Source of the DNA: an uncultured Gemmatimonadales bacterium
GTDB taxonomy: Bacteria > Gemmatimonadota > Gemmatimonadetes > Longimicrobiales > RSA9
Length of the DNA: 64,000 nucleotides
Assembly: GCA_963783305.1 (NCBI GenBank)
Contig: CAWAMW010000016.1
Location: 1-64,000 of the forward strand
Direction: 5' to 3'
Shown here: piece after piece, positions 1 to 8,428 of the stretch
Layout: the number at the start of each line of letters is the position of its first letter
How positions within the stretch are numbered: position 1 is the stretch's first letter
Made by a program: the position numbers and the translations under genes
Notes under the pieces: model-generated
Seen by the model: only the letters and a program-made list of their open reading frames with translations
What the model was told of the DNA's origin: nothing
The model's database searches: none

Positions 1-6
1 TGGATT

Positions 7-48
7 AAAGCGTTGAGCCGCAAGAAGGTATGCGGCTCAACGCTTTTT
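7..48 (+). terminator. Perfect 16-bp hairpin followed by a T-run (intrinsic terminator-like)
   Basis: AAAGCGTTGAGCCGCA (7-22) pairs perfectly with TGCGGCTCAACGCTTT (31-46), with an 8-nt loop and T5 at 44-48. Upstream context is outside the window. Confidence 0.55.
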
Positions 49-119
49 GTGTTAACACGAGGAGAGGACGTTGAGCGCGTCCGGAAGCAGTACAAGCAGG
101 TCTCTGATGCGCTGAAGGC

Positions 120-472
120 GAGACGCCTCGCCGTAGAACGGAGATCGACGTGGTCCTCGCTGGGACGACCTGCTTGTGGCCATCGGGGTGAAGTACCGCA
201 GCACCAACGACCGAAAGGCGGGGCGCGCGGCCCGGTTCGGGCGATACGTGGAGCGAGGCCTGTTTGCTGCTGACCCCGAGGCTATGGACGAACTCGGATT
301 CTACGAACTCGCGCGGAACTGGGCGCTCGGTTGGGCGCTCGATCGGCGCTTCCTGCTGGTCAATCTCGGCCCCGACACCTTGGCCAAGGACATGAAGCTG
401 CTGAGGCGACAACTGTCGGAGGGCGCAAATCGGCGGGCCGCGTTCCTGTCGTGGCCGACCGGCCCCTCCTGA
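120..472 (+). pseudogene. Degraded PD-(D/E)XK nuclease-like gene fragment
   Basis: One frame reads ETPRRRTEIDVVL; after a shift near 160 another reads WDDLLVAIGVKYRS...FYELARNW...FLLVNL. Together this is a D...(E)xK motif with G at the expected E. No clear start codon. Confidence 0.4.
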
Positions 473-481
473 CGCCGCCGG

Positions 482-1501
482 CTACGGCCGCCGCCGCCGA
501 CCGAGCCGGAACTTGCGCCGGTACGCCCCCGGCGTCAGCCGCGTCGTCCGCTTGAACACGCGACGGAAGAACGCGGTGTTCTCATAGCCTACCTCCAGAC
601 CGATCCGCTCCACCGATTCGTCCGTCCGCTCCAGCCGACGCCTCGCCTCCGCCACACGAAGGCTCTGGACGTAGCCGAGCGGCGTCTGCCCCGTCGCCTT
701 CCGAAACCGGCGCTCCAGCGTGCGGCGCGCCAGCCCCGTCCGCTCCGCCATCGCCTCGACCGGGTTCGGCGTGACGTAGTTCTCACCCAGCCACCTCTGC
801 AGCCCCGCCACCACGCCGTCGCCGTGGTCCGTGCTCGGCGCGAACCCGATGTACGGCGCCTGGCCCTCCCCGTGCCACTCCAGCATGAGGAACCGCGCCA
901 TCGCCTGCGCCGCCGTCGGACCCACGTGCCGGGCGATCAGGTGCAGCGCCAGATCGTGCCAAGACATTACCCCGCCCGTCATCACCAGCTCCTGGCGGTC
1001 GCCCGCAACGATCAGTACCTCCCGCGTCCGCAGCCGCACGCCCGGGAAGCTGCGACGGAATGTGGGCGCGAACGCCCAGTGGATCGTCGCTTCCCGGCCG
1101 TCGAGGAGCCCCGTCTCCGCCAGCAGCAGCACCCCCGTGCACGCCGACGCCAGCACCGCGCCCCGCCGGTGCTGCTCCCGCAGCCACCCCACAAGACCCG
1201 GATACCGGCCCGTCACCCAGTCCGGGCCCTCCACCATCATCAGCGGCACGATCGCGATGTCCGTCCGCTCGATCTCGTCCACCGTCCGGTGGGCGCCGAT
1301 CGTCAGGCCGCTCCCCACCCGGACGGGATCCGGCCCAGGCGCCACGATCTCCACCTCGAACGGGCGAGCCGGGAGGTCCGGCTCGAACCGGCCGAGGAGC
1401 GGGAACGCCGTGAACGTCTCGTACAGCCCGCTGAGCGGCGCCGCCTGGGCGTCGGGTGTGGAGACGAGCGTGACGTGGAGCGGGGTCTTCGAGCCAGTCA
1501 T
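482..1501 (-). CDS. GlxA-family AraC transcriptional regulator (DJ-1/PfpI + HTH)
   Basis: SACTG...LAETGLLDGREATIHW DJ-1-like domain; C-terminal AraC HTH (RTLERRFRKATG...VGYENTAFFRRVFKR). ATG at 1501 has a GAGG RBS. Confidence 0.9.
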   Translation of the reverse strand: MTGSKTPLHVTLVSTPDAQAAPLSGLYETFTAFPLLGRFEPDLPARPFEVEIVAPGPDPVRVGSGLTIGAHRTVDEIERTDIAIVPLMMVEGPDWVTGRYPGLVGWLREQHRRGAVLASACTGVLLLAETGLLDGREATIHWAFAPTFRRSFPGVRLRTREVLIVAGDRQELVMTGGVMSWHDLALHLIARHVGPTAAQAMARFLMLEWHGEGQAPYIGFAPSTDHGDGVVAGLQRWLGENYVTPNPVEAMAERTGLARRTLERRFRKATGQTPLGYVQSLRVAEARRRLERTDESVERIGLEVGYENTAFFRRVFKRTTRLTPGAYRRKFRLGRRRRP

Positions 1502-1619
1502 TGGACCTCGATGTCGCATATGGACCGTTACCGCCGACTCTCGCATTCATCCGCCCGCCAGGCAACCGCCATCGTTCCCGTGTGGCCGGAACGATCACAC
1601 TTCGAAAGGGAGGAACGGC

Positions 1620-2165
1620 ATGGCCACCTTACTGAACGGATGGGACGTGGACGCGATGACGGAAGCGGTCGAGGGTGTCCGGGAGGACCCGGAGTCGGGG
1701 CACCTGATCTGGCGGAGCCGGACGAGCTGGGACGGCGGGTTCGGGCTGGACGTGCGAACGCGGGAGATCGAGCAGCTCGGCGAGGTGATGGAGCGCCGGT
1801 TCACGCTGCGGGGCGACCACCCGCCGGAGCTGCTCGGCGAGAACACGGGGCCGACCGCGGTGGAGCTGATCCTCGCGGCGCTCGGCGCGTGCATGGCCGG
1901 CACGTTCGCGGCCCAGGCCACGGCCCGCGCTGTCGAGATCGACGCGCTGGCGGTGGACGTGGAGGGGGCGATTGACCTGAACGGATTCTTCGGGCTGAAG
2001 CCGGTCCCCGCGGGTCTGGCGGACGTGAAGCTGACGTTCCGTGTCCGCACGGACGCCGACGACGCAACGCTCCAGGAGATCCTCGATGCCGCCCGCTCGC
2101 TCTCGCCCGTCCACGATTCGGTGACGCGGCCGGTGGCGGTCGAAACGGAGCTGGTGCGGACGTGA
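1620..2165 (+). CDS. OsmC-family protein
   Basis: DHPPELLGENTGPTAVELILAALGAC and SPVHDSV motifs; GGGAGG RBS before ATG 1620; divergent from the AraC regulator. Confidence 0.85.
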   Translation: MATLLNGWDVDAMTEAVEGVREDPESGHLIWRSRTSWDGGFGLDVRTREIEQLGEVMERRFTLRGDHPPELLGENTGPTAVELILAALGACMAGTFAAQATARAVEIDALAVDVEGAIDLNGFFGLKPVPAGLADVKLTFRVRTDADDATLQEILDAARSLSPVHDSVTRPVAVETELVRT

Positions 2166-2309
2166 CGCCGGCAGGGCTCGAGTGCTCAGCCTCGGCGCTG
2201 AAGGACGGGCGTGAGGGCGTGCCTCTGCGAGAATCCGGATCCATCACATCCGCGGACTGACCGGCGGGTGCGCGGTCGTGAGGTCCGGCGTCAGGACCGG
2301 CCCGATCGC

Positions 2310-3317
2310 TCAGATGCTGGGCGGTACGGCCGGGTGGTCGGCCTCCGTGCTCCGCTCCGTCTCCACCTCCGCGATGTGGACCAGTGCATCGCCCTGATAC
2401 ACGATGGGGTTGATGCGCCGTCCGATGACGACGCCATCGACCCGGGCCCGCACCGGTGCGGCCTCCAGCCCCAGGGCGTTCGAGATCTCGCCCAGGACCT
2501 CGCCGCTGCTCACCCGCTGGCCCAGCTCGACATCCAGCCGGCAGATCCCGCTGCGGCCGGCGCGCACCCAGCGGCGGCGACGGGATTCGACGGTGGGCCG
2601 TTCGGCCTCCACGTCGTCGGAGACCATGCCGAGGGCGGCCATGACGCGGAGTGAGCCCTCGACGCCGGCCCGGATGGCTGTCGCGGTAAAGCGGCGAGCC
2701 TCACCCGCCTCGTAGAGGAGCACGCGCGCACCCCGGTCCACGGCGGCTCTGCGGAGCGACCCATCGGGAGCGGGGGCGTGGATGGTCACGGGCGCGCCGA
2801 ACGCGTGTGCGAGGCGTCGGGTCTCCGGGTCCTCGAGGTTGGCCCGGACCTGGGGCATGTTCTCCCGGTCGTCGGACCCGCAGTGGAAGTCGATACCGAA
2901 GGAGCAGGCGTCGACGACCTCCCGCATGAAGAGGTCGGCGAGGCGGGCGGCGAGGGAGCCGGTGGGGGATCCGGGGAAGGAACGGTTCAGGTCCCGGCGG
3001 TCGGGCAGGTATCGGGATCCGGAACCCAGCCCTGGCAGGTTGATGACGGGTGCGGCCACCACGGTGCCGGCGAGGGTTTCGGGGCGAACCCGCTTCAGGA
3101 CCTGCCGGGTGATCTCCACGCCGTCTACCTCGTCGCCGTGGATGGCCCCGCTGAGGAAGAGGGCGGGTCCCGCGGTATGGCCGTGGAGGATGTGGAACGG
3201 GAGCGAGAGCCAGCCGCCGGCGGGGAGGCGGGCGACCCGGATCCGCAGCGCCTGCCGTGTCCCGGGCTCCACCAGGGCACCGCCGATCTCGAATGGGGCG
3301 ATGCTACTCTTCTTCAT
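2310..3317 (-). CDS. Succinylglutamate desuccinylase/aspartoacylase (M14-like) family protein
   Basis: [12 protein letters not shown] and DFH zinc-carboxypeptidase motifs; start MKKSSIAPF overlaps the rimK end; usual rimK neighbour. Confidence 0.9.
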   Translation of the reverse strand: MKKSSIAPFEIGGALVEPGTRQALRIRVARLPAGGWLSLPFHILHGHTAGPALFLSGAIHGDEVDGVEITRQVLKRVRPETLAGTVVAAPVINLPGLGSGSRYLPDRRDLNRSFPGSPTGSLAARLADLFMREVVDACSFGIDFHCGSDDRENMPQVRANLEDPETRRLAHAFGAPVTIHAPAPDGSLRRAAVDRGARVLLYEAGEARRFTATAIRAGVEGSLRVMAALGMVSDDVEAERPTVESRRRRWVRAGRSGICRLDVELGQRVSSGEVLGEISNALGLEAAPVRARVDGVVIGRRINPIVYQGDALVHIAEVETERSTEADHPAVPPSI

Positions 3318-4311
3318 CGAGGGCGTCGCCCTGGTCATCGTCGAGGTCGTCCGGCTCGTCGATGGGCTGCTCATCGGCGGCCTGGCTGCCGGGGTTGTCC
3401 GCGGCGGGAGCTGCGACGGACGGGTCCGGGTCGTGATCGTCGTCGACGTGGCTCTCGATATACTCGATGATCTCGCCGGCCACATCGATACCCGTGGAGG
3501 TCTCGATGCCCTCGAGACCTGGCGAGGAGTTGACCTCCATGATCACGGGACCGCGCGCCGAACGGAGCAGGTCGACGCCGGCCACGCCCAGGCCCATGAC
3601 GCGCGCCGCGCGGATCGCCGTGTTCCGCTCTTTGGTGGTCAGTTTCACCGGAGACGCGGTGCCTCCGCGGTGGAGGTTGGACCGGAACTCACCCGGCGCA
3701 GCCCGGCGCTCCATGGCGGCGACTACGCGCCCCCCCACCACCAGCGCCCGGATGTCCGCGCCCGCCGATTCCTTGATGAACTCCTGGACGAGGATATTGG
3801 CGTCCAGCTGCTGGAACGCCCCGATGACCGATTCCGCGGCCTTCCGGGTCTCGGCCAGAACCACACCCACTCCCTGGGTCCCCTCGAGGAGCTTGATGAT
3901 CAGGGGCGCTCCGCCCACCAGGTCGATGACGGCGTTGATATCGTGACCGGACCGTGCGAAGCCGGTGGTGGGCAGTCCTACGCCCTCCCGCGAGAGGAGC
4001 TGGAGGGTGCGCAGCTTGTCCCGCGACCGCGCGAGCGCCTGCGATTCGGTTACGGTGTAGACGCCGGCGACCTCGAACTGCCGCACCACCGCCGTACCGT
4101 AGAAGGTGACTGACGCGCCGATCCTCGGGATGATGGCGTGCACGTTCAGCTCTTCCCCACGGTAGAGGACCTTCGGGCGTTTCGCGGTGATGTTCATGTA
4201 GCAGCGGAGCGGGTTGATCACCCGCATCTCGTGGCCGCGCTCCCGACCCGCCTGCTTGAGTCGCCGGGTGGAATAGAGAGAGCCCTTCCGGGATAGGATA
4301 CCGATCTTCAT
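3304..4311 (-). CDS. rimK: RimK alpha-L-glutamate ligase (ATP-grasp)
   Basis: [54 protein letters not shown]. Confidence 0.95.
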   Translation of the reverse strand: MKIGILSRKGSLYSTRRLKQAGRERGHEMRVINPLRCYMNITAKRPKVLYRGEELNVHAIIPRIGASVTFYGTAVVRQFEVAGVYTVTESQALARSRDKLRTLQLLSREGVGLPTTGFARSGHDINAVIDLVGGAPLIIKLLEGTQGVGVVLAETRKAAESVIGAFQQLDANILVQEFIKESAGADIRALVVGGRVVAAMERRAAPGEFRSNLHRGGTASPVKLTTKERNTAIRAARVMGLGVAGVDLLRSARGPVIMEVNSSPGLEGIETSTGIDVAGEIIEYIESHVDDDHDPDPSVAAPAADNPGSQAADEQPIDEPDDLDDDQGDALDEEE

Positions 4312-4823
4312 TTCGTTGCTCCGCTTCGGGAGGAGGGGGGTGATGAGGCGAGGTAGGAGCCGCCGGGGTCCACGAGGAGGTGGCGACGGATCGCCTGCCT
4401 GCCCAGTAGCATCCGGAATCCCATGGCGTCCCGACGGACCAGCGTGATCTCAATGTCCCACACGTCGTCCCCGAGCTTCAGGGGGGTCAGTATGACGGGC
4501 CGGAGCGTCTCGACCCCGGACGAGCTGCGCACCTTCCGCAGATCGACCAGCTTCGCTTCCGCCTCCACGACCGTCCGGAACTCCCGCTGGATCGGGTGCA
4601 CCTTGAAGCGGATCATGGACACGCCGCGCCGCTTGAACCGTTTCATGTCGTACGCGTGCAGCGAAGATGAGCGCGCGCCCGTGTCGATCTTCGCCTTGAC
4701 GGCGCCGATGCCCAGGTCCGGCAGCGTCACCCACTCGCGCCACCCGACCACACCGGCAGCTTTTCGCACTCGTTTGCCGCGGGCGCCGGAGCGATCCCCG
4801 GTTCGTTTCTCTCTGTGGGTCAT
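4308..4823 (-). CDS. RimK-associated retropepsin-like protease (RimB / 'ATP-dependent zinc protease' family)
   Basis: [26 protein letters not shown]; 4-bp overlap with the rimK start. Confidence 0.9.
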   Translation of the reverse strand: MTHREKRTGDRSGARGKRVRKAAGVVGWREWVTLPDLGIGAVKAKIDTGARSSSLHAYDMKRFKRRGVSMIRFKVHPIQREFRTVVEAEAKLVDLRKVRSSSGVETLRPVILTPLKLGDDVWDIEITLVRRDAMGFRMLLGRQAIRRHLLVDPGGSYLASSPPSSRSGATK

Positions 4824-5014
4824 GGAGTTTGGTCAGGAGGAAGGTGCAATATAGAGACGAGGATTGGGGGCGGCCACCGCATCCTGGCCAGCGGAGATCG
4901 TAATGCCGACCCGGGCGAAGTGCAGCGGGCACCAACGCATCCCTTGCGATCCCTCCATCCGATCTGGAATAGTGGATATTCTCAAGACCTCCACACCCGC
5001 GCCATGAGCCCGCC

Positions 5015-6679
5015 GTGACACGGTCCCCGTCTCCATCGGCCGGATCCCACCTCCAGGAGGGCCGCAGTGCGTACGCGCGCCGCGACTGGTCCTCCGCGCG
5101 GGAGTCGCTGGCCGCTGCGGCCGCGGAGTCTCCGCTGGGGGTGGACGACCTGAGGCGGCTTGCCGTCGTATCGTACCTGCTGGGCGACGAGGACGGTTAC
5201 CTGGAGACGCTGGAGCGGGCGCACCGGTTGGCGCAGGAGACCGGCGACACCGCCGGCGCGTTCCAGAGTGCTTTCTGGATCGGCATGCGCCTTGGCGAGC
5301 GGGGCGAGGGGGCGCGGGCGAGCGGGTGGTTCGGCCGTGCGGCCCGCCTGCTGGAGGGCGGGACGGAGTCAGGAGTGGAGCGGGGGTACATGATGCTGCC
5401 GAAGGCGCTCCAGCGGTTCAGTGCCGGCGACCCGGGCGCCGCGTACGAACACGGGCGTGAGGCCGCGGTCATCGCGCAACGGGTCGGAGAGCGCGACCTG
5501 CTCGCGCTGGCGCTGCTGGTCCAGGGGCGGGCCCGGATCGAGCAGGCGCAGCTCGAGGAGGGGCTGGCGCTGCTGGACGAGTCCATGGTCGCCGTGGCGA
5601 CGGACGAGCTGAGCCCCATGGTCACCGGGCTCGTCTACTGCGCCGTGATCGGGGCGTGTCGGAGCGTGTACGCACTCGGGCATGCGCAGGAATGGACCAC
5701 GGCGCTGAGCGACTGGTGCCAGCGGCAGCCGGACATGGTCGCCTATACGGGGGAGTGCAGGGTCTACCGCTCCGAGCTGCTCCAGCTGCACGGCGCGTGG
5801 GGGGAGGCGCTGGAGGAAGCCCGGCGGGCGGGCCGGCTGCGGACCGACGACGTGGCTCCCGCAGCGGGGCTCGCCCACTACCAGCAGGGCGAGGTCCATC
5901 GGCTGCGCGGCGACCTGGAGGCAGCGGAGGCGGCGTACCGGGACGCGAGCCGGGTCGGGCGGGAGCCGCAGCCCGGGCTCGCGCTGCTCCGGCTGGCCCA
6001 GGGAGAGGAGAAGGCCGCGGTTGCCGCCATACGGCGGTCGTTGGTGGAAAGGTCGTCGCGGCTCCAGCGGGTCCGTCTCCTCCCCGCTCAGGTCGAGATC
6101 CTGATCGCCGTGGGCGACGTGGGTGCGGCGGAGGCGGCGTGCGATGAGCTGGCGTCGATCGTCGCGTCGTACCCGTCTCCGGCGCTGGAGGCGACGGTGG
6201 CGGCGGCACGGGGGGCCGTGCGACTGGCCGCTGGCGAGGCGGAATCGGCGCTGCCGGAGCTGCGGAGGGCGGCACGGGGGTGGCACGCACTGAACGCGCC
6301 GTACGAAGAGGCTCGGGCCCGACTCCGGCTCGGGCTCGCCTGCCGGGAGCTGGGCGACGAGGATGGCGCGGGCCTCGAGCTGGAGGCCGCGCGCAAGGAG
6401 CTCGCACGCCTCGGCGCCGGCCCGGACGTCGAGCGTCTGGACGCGCTCCGCCAGCGATCTCGCGGCAGGGGGTCGCACGGGCTCACTCCGCGGGAGCTGG
6501 AGGTGATCCGGCTCGTCGCCACCGGCAGGACCAACCGGGCCATCGCCGAGGATCTGTTCATCAGCGAGAGGACCGTCGCCCGGCACGTCAGCAACATCTT
6601 CACGAAGCTCGGGATCTCATCGCGCGCCGCGGCCACGGCGTTCGCCTACGAGAACGACCTGCTCGGCGATTCTGCATAG
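5015..6679 (+). CDS. LuxR-family regulator with TPR-like helical N-terminus
   Basis: C-terminal LTPRELEVIRLVATGRTNRAIAEDLFISERTVARHVSNIFTKLG LuxR HTH. Confidence 0.9.
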   Translation: MTRSPSPSAGSHLQEGRSAYARRDWSSARESLAAAAAESPLGVDDLRRLAVVSYLLGDEDGYLETLERAHRLAQETGDTAGAFQSAFWIGMRLGERGEGARASGWFGRAARLLEGGTESGVERGYMMLPKALQRFSAGDPGAAYEHGREAAVIAQRVGERDLLALALLVQGRARIEQAQLEEGLALLDESMVAVATDELSPMVTGLVYCAVIGACRSVYALGHAQEWTTALSDWCQRQPDMVAYTGECRVYRSELLQLHGAWGEALEEARRAGRLRTDDVAPAAGLAHYQQGEVHRLRGDLEAAEAAYRDASRVGREPQPGLALLRLAQGEEKAAVAAIRRSLVERSSRLQRVRLLPAQVEILIAVGDVGAAEAACDELASIVASYPSPALEATVAAARGAVRLAAGEAESALPELRRAARGWHALNAPYEEARARLRLGLACRELGDEDGAGLELEAARKELARLGAGPDVERLDALRQRSRGRGSHGLTPRELEVIRLVATGRTNRAIAEDLFISERTVARHVSNIFTKLGISSRAAATAFAYENDLLGDSA

Positions 6680-6793
6680 AAATACCCATACGCCAGCCGT
6701 GGGAATTTGGGTGTTCCGACCGAAGCGGCCGCCGTCCGCCTCGCCGCATGTTGGAAGTGCGAAGGGACGCGAATTCCGGCAGGAGGCGGAGCC

Positions 6794-7957
6794 ATGCGGT
6801 TCGAGACGATCGAGGGGCGAGAGAGCCGAGAGTACAACGGCGGGCGCGAGCGGAGCGGCGCTCCGGAGCGGTATGACACCGTGGTGATCGGCGGGGGCCA
6901 GGCGGGGCTGGCGGCGGGGTACCACCTGAAGCGGCGTGGCGTGTCGTTCGTCATCCTGGATGCGAGCGAGCGGATCGGCGACGTGTGGCGCGAGCGGTGG
7001 GACTCCCTGCGGCTGTTCACGCCGGCGGCGTACAACGGGCTGCCGGGGATGGACTGCCCCGGCCACCCACACTACTTCCCCACCAAGGACGAGTTCGCGG
7101 ACTTCCTGGAGGACTACGCGGCGCGATTCGAGCTGCCGATCCGGCTGGGCAGCCGTGTGGATCGGCTGGGCCGGAACGAAGACGGCTTCATCGTTCGGGC
7201 CGGGGATCGGCGGCTGGAGGCAAAGAACGTGGTCGTGGCCATGGCCAGCTACCAGAAGCCCCACGTGCCGGCGTTCGCGGCAGAGTTGGATCCGTCGATC
7301 GTCCAAATCCATTCGGCGGAGTACCGGAATCCGGACCAGCTGCGGCCGGGGCGGGTGCTGCTGGTGGGCTCCGGGAACTCGGGCGCCGAAATCGCCCGGG
7401 AGCTCGCGGCCAGCCACGACGTCTGGCTGTCCGGCCGTGACGTGGGCGAGATCCCCTTCCGACCCCGGAGCCGCGTCGGGCGGGTCATGATGGTCCCCGT
7501 CCTCCGACTGCTGTTCCACCGGATCCTCACCGTCGACACGCCGATCGGGCGGGCGTTGCGGCCGAAGGTGCTGGGACGGGGAGGCCCGCTGATCCGGGTC
7601 AAGAAGCGGGACCTCGACCGTTCGGGCGTGCATCGCGTGACCAGAACCGCCGGGGTCCGCGACGGGATGCCGGTACTGGAGGATGGCCGGATCCTCGACG
7701 TCCAGAACGTGGTCTGGTGCACTGGCTTCCACCCAGGCTTCGAGACCTGGATCGACCTCCCCGTCCACGGCGAAAACCCCCACGAGCCTCGCCACGAGCG
7801 CGGCGTATCGCTGGACCAGCCGGGGCTCTTCTTCCTCGGGCTCTTCTTCCAGCGGGCGCTCTCGTCCAACATGATCCAGGGCCTCCGGCGGGATGCCCGT
7901 GAGGTGGTGGACCAGGTGGCGGCCCGGCGAGCGGCGCCGTCGCCGCAGTCCTCCTGA
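6794..7957 (+). CDS. Flavin-containing monooxygenase (FAD/NAD(P)-binding)
   Basis: GGGQAG, WDSLRLFTP, IHSAEY, GSGNSG, WCTGF; AGGAGG RBS before ATG 6794. Confidence 0.88.
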   Translation: MRFETIEGRESREYNGGRERSGAPERYDTVVIGGGQAGLAAGYHLKRRGVSFVILDASERIGDVWRERWDSLRLFTPAAYNGLPGMDCPGHPHYFPTKDEFADFLEDYAARFELPIRLGSRVDRLGRNEDGFIVRAGDRRLEAKNVVVAMASYQKPHVPAFAAELDPSIVQIHSAEYRNPDQLRPGRVLLVGSGNSGAEIARELAASHDVWLSGRDVGEIPFRPRSRVGRVMMVPVLRLLFHRILTVDTPIGRALRPKVLGRGGPLIRVKKRDLDRSGVHRVTRTAGVRDGMPVLEDGRILDVQNVVWCTGFHPGFETWIDLPVHGENPHEPRHERGVSLDQPGLFFLGLFFQRALSSNMIQGLRRDAREVVDQVAARRAAPSPQSS

Positions 7958-8101
7958 TAACAGACGAGGACTCGCCGCCGGGCCGGCCCCCCCCCGGCGG
8001 CCTCCGGCAACCCTCCACGCCGATGCCGCGTCCAACCCTATGTAGCACTTCTGTAATGCGCGACTGAGCGCGATGACATTGCAACCCTCTCCGGAGATCC
8101 A

Positions 8102-8428
8102 ATGCCCCGATCCATCGGCTTCGCCACCGTGACGATACTCCGAGCGCTGGCGGACGGAGTGCGTTACGGGCTGGACATCATGGATCGGACGGGGCTGCCG
8201 AGCGGGACGGTCTACCCGGCGCTCCAGCGGCTGGACCGGATGGGATACGTGACGGCGCGGTGGGAGGCGGACTCGGTGGCGCGAGCGGAAGGTCGGCCGC
8301 GGCGTCGGTACTACCGGCTGACCGGTGCCGGGGCGGAAGCGCTGGGGGTGGCGATCCGTCGGTACGGCTCGTTCGCGGAGGACGCGCCGGCGCTGGACGG
8401 CTTCGGGGCGGAGGCAGGAGACGCATGA
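8102..8428 (+). CDS. PadR-family transcriptional regulator
   Basis: YGLDI...GTVYPALQRL...RRRYYRLTGAG winged helix. Confidence 0.92.
   Translation: MPRSIGFATVTILRALADGVRYGLDIMDRTGLPSGTVYPALQRLDRMGYVTARWEADSVARAEGRPRRRYYRLTGAGAEALGVAIRRYGSFAEDAPALDGFGAEAGDA

Noticed and set aside
831..1619. Long N-terminal extensions in the ORF track (starts 831, 8260, 23249, 32639, 40279, 58960 etc.)
   Set aside because: They overlap real opposite-strand or upstream genes; downstream ATGs with good RBSs coincide with the domain starts.
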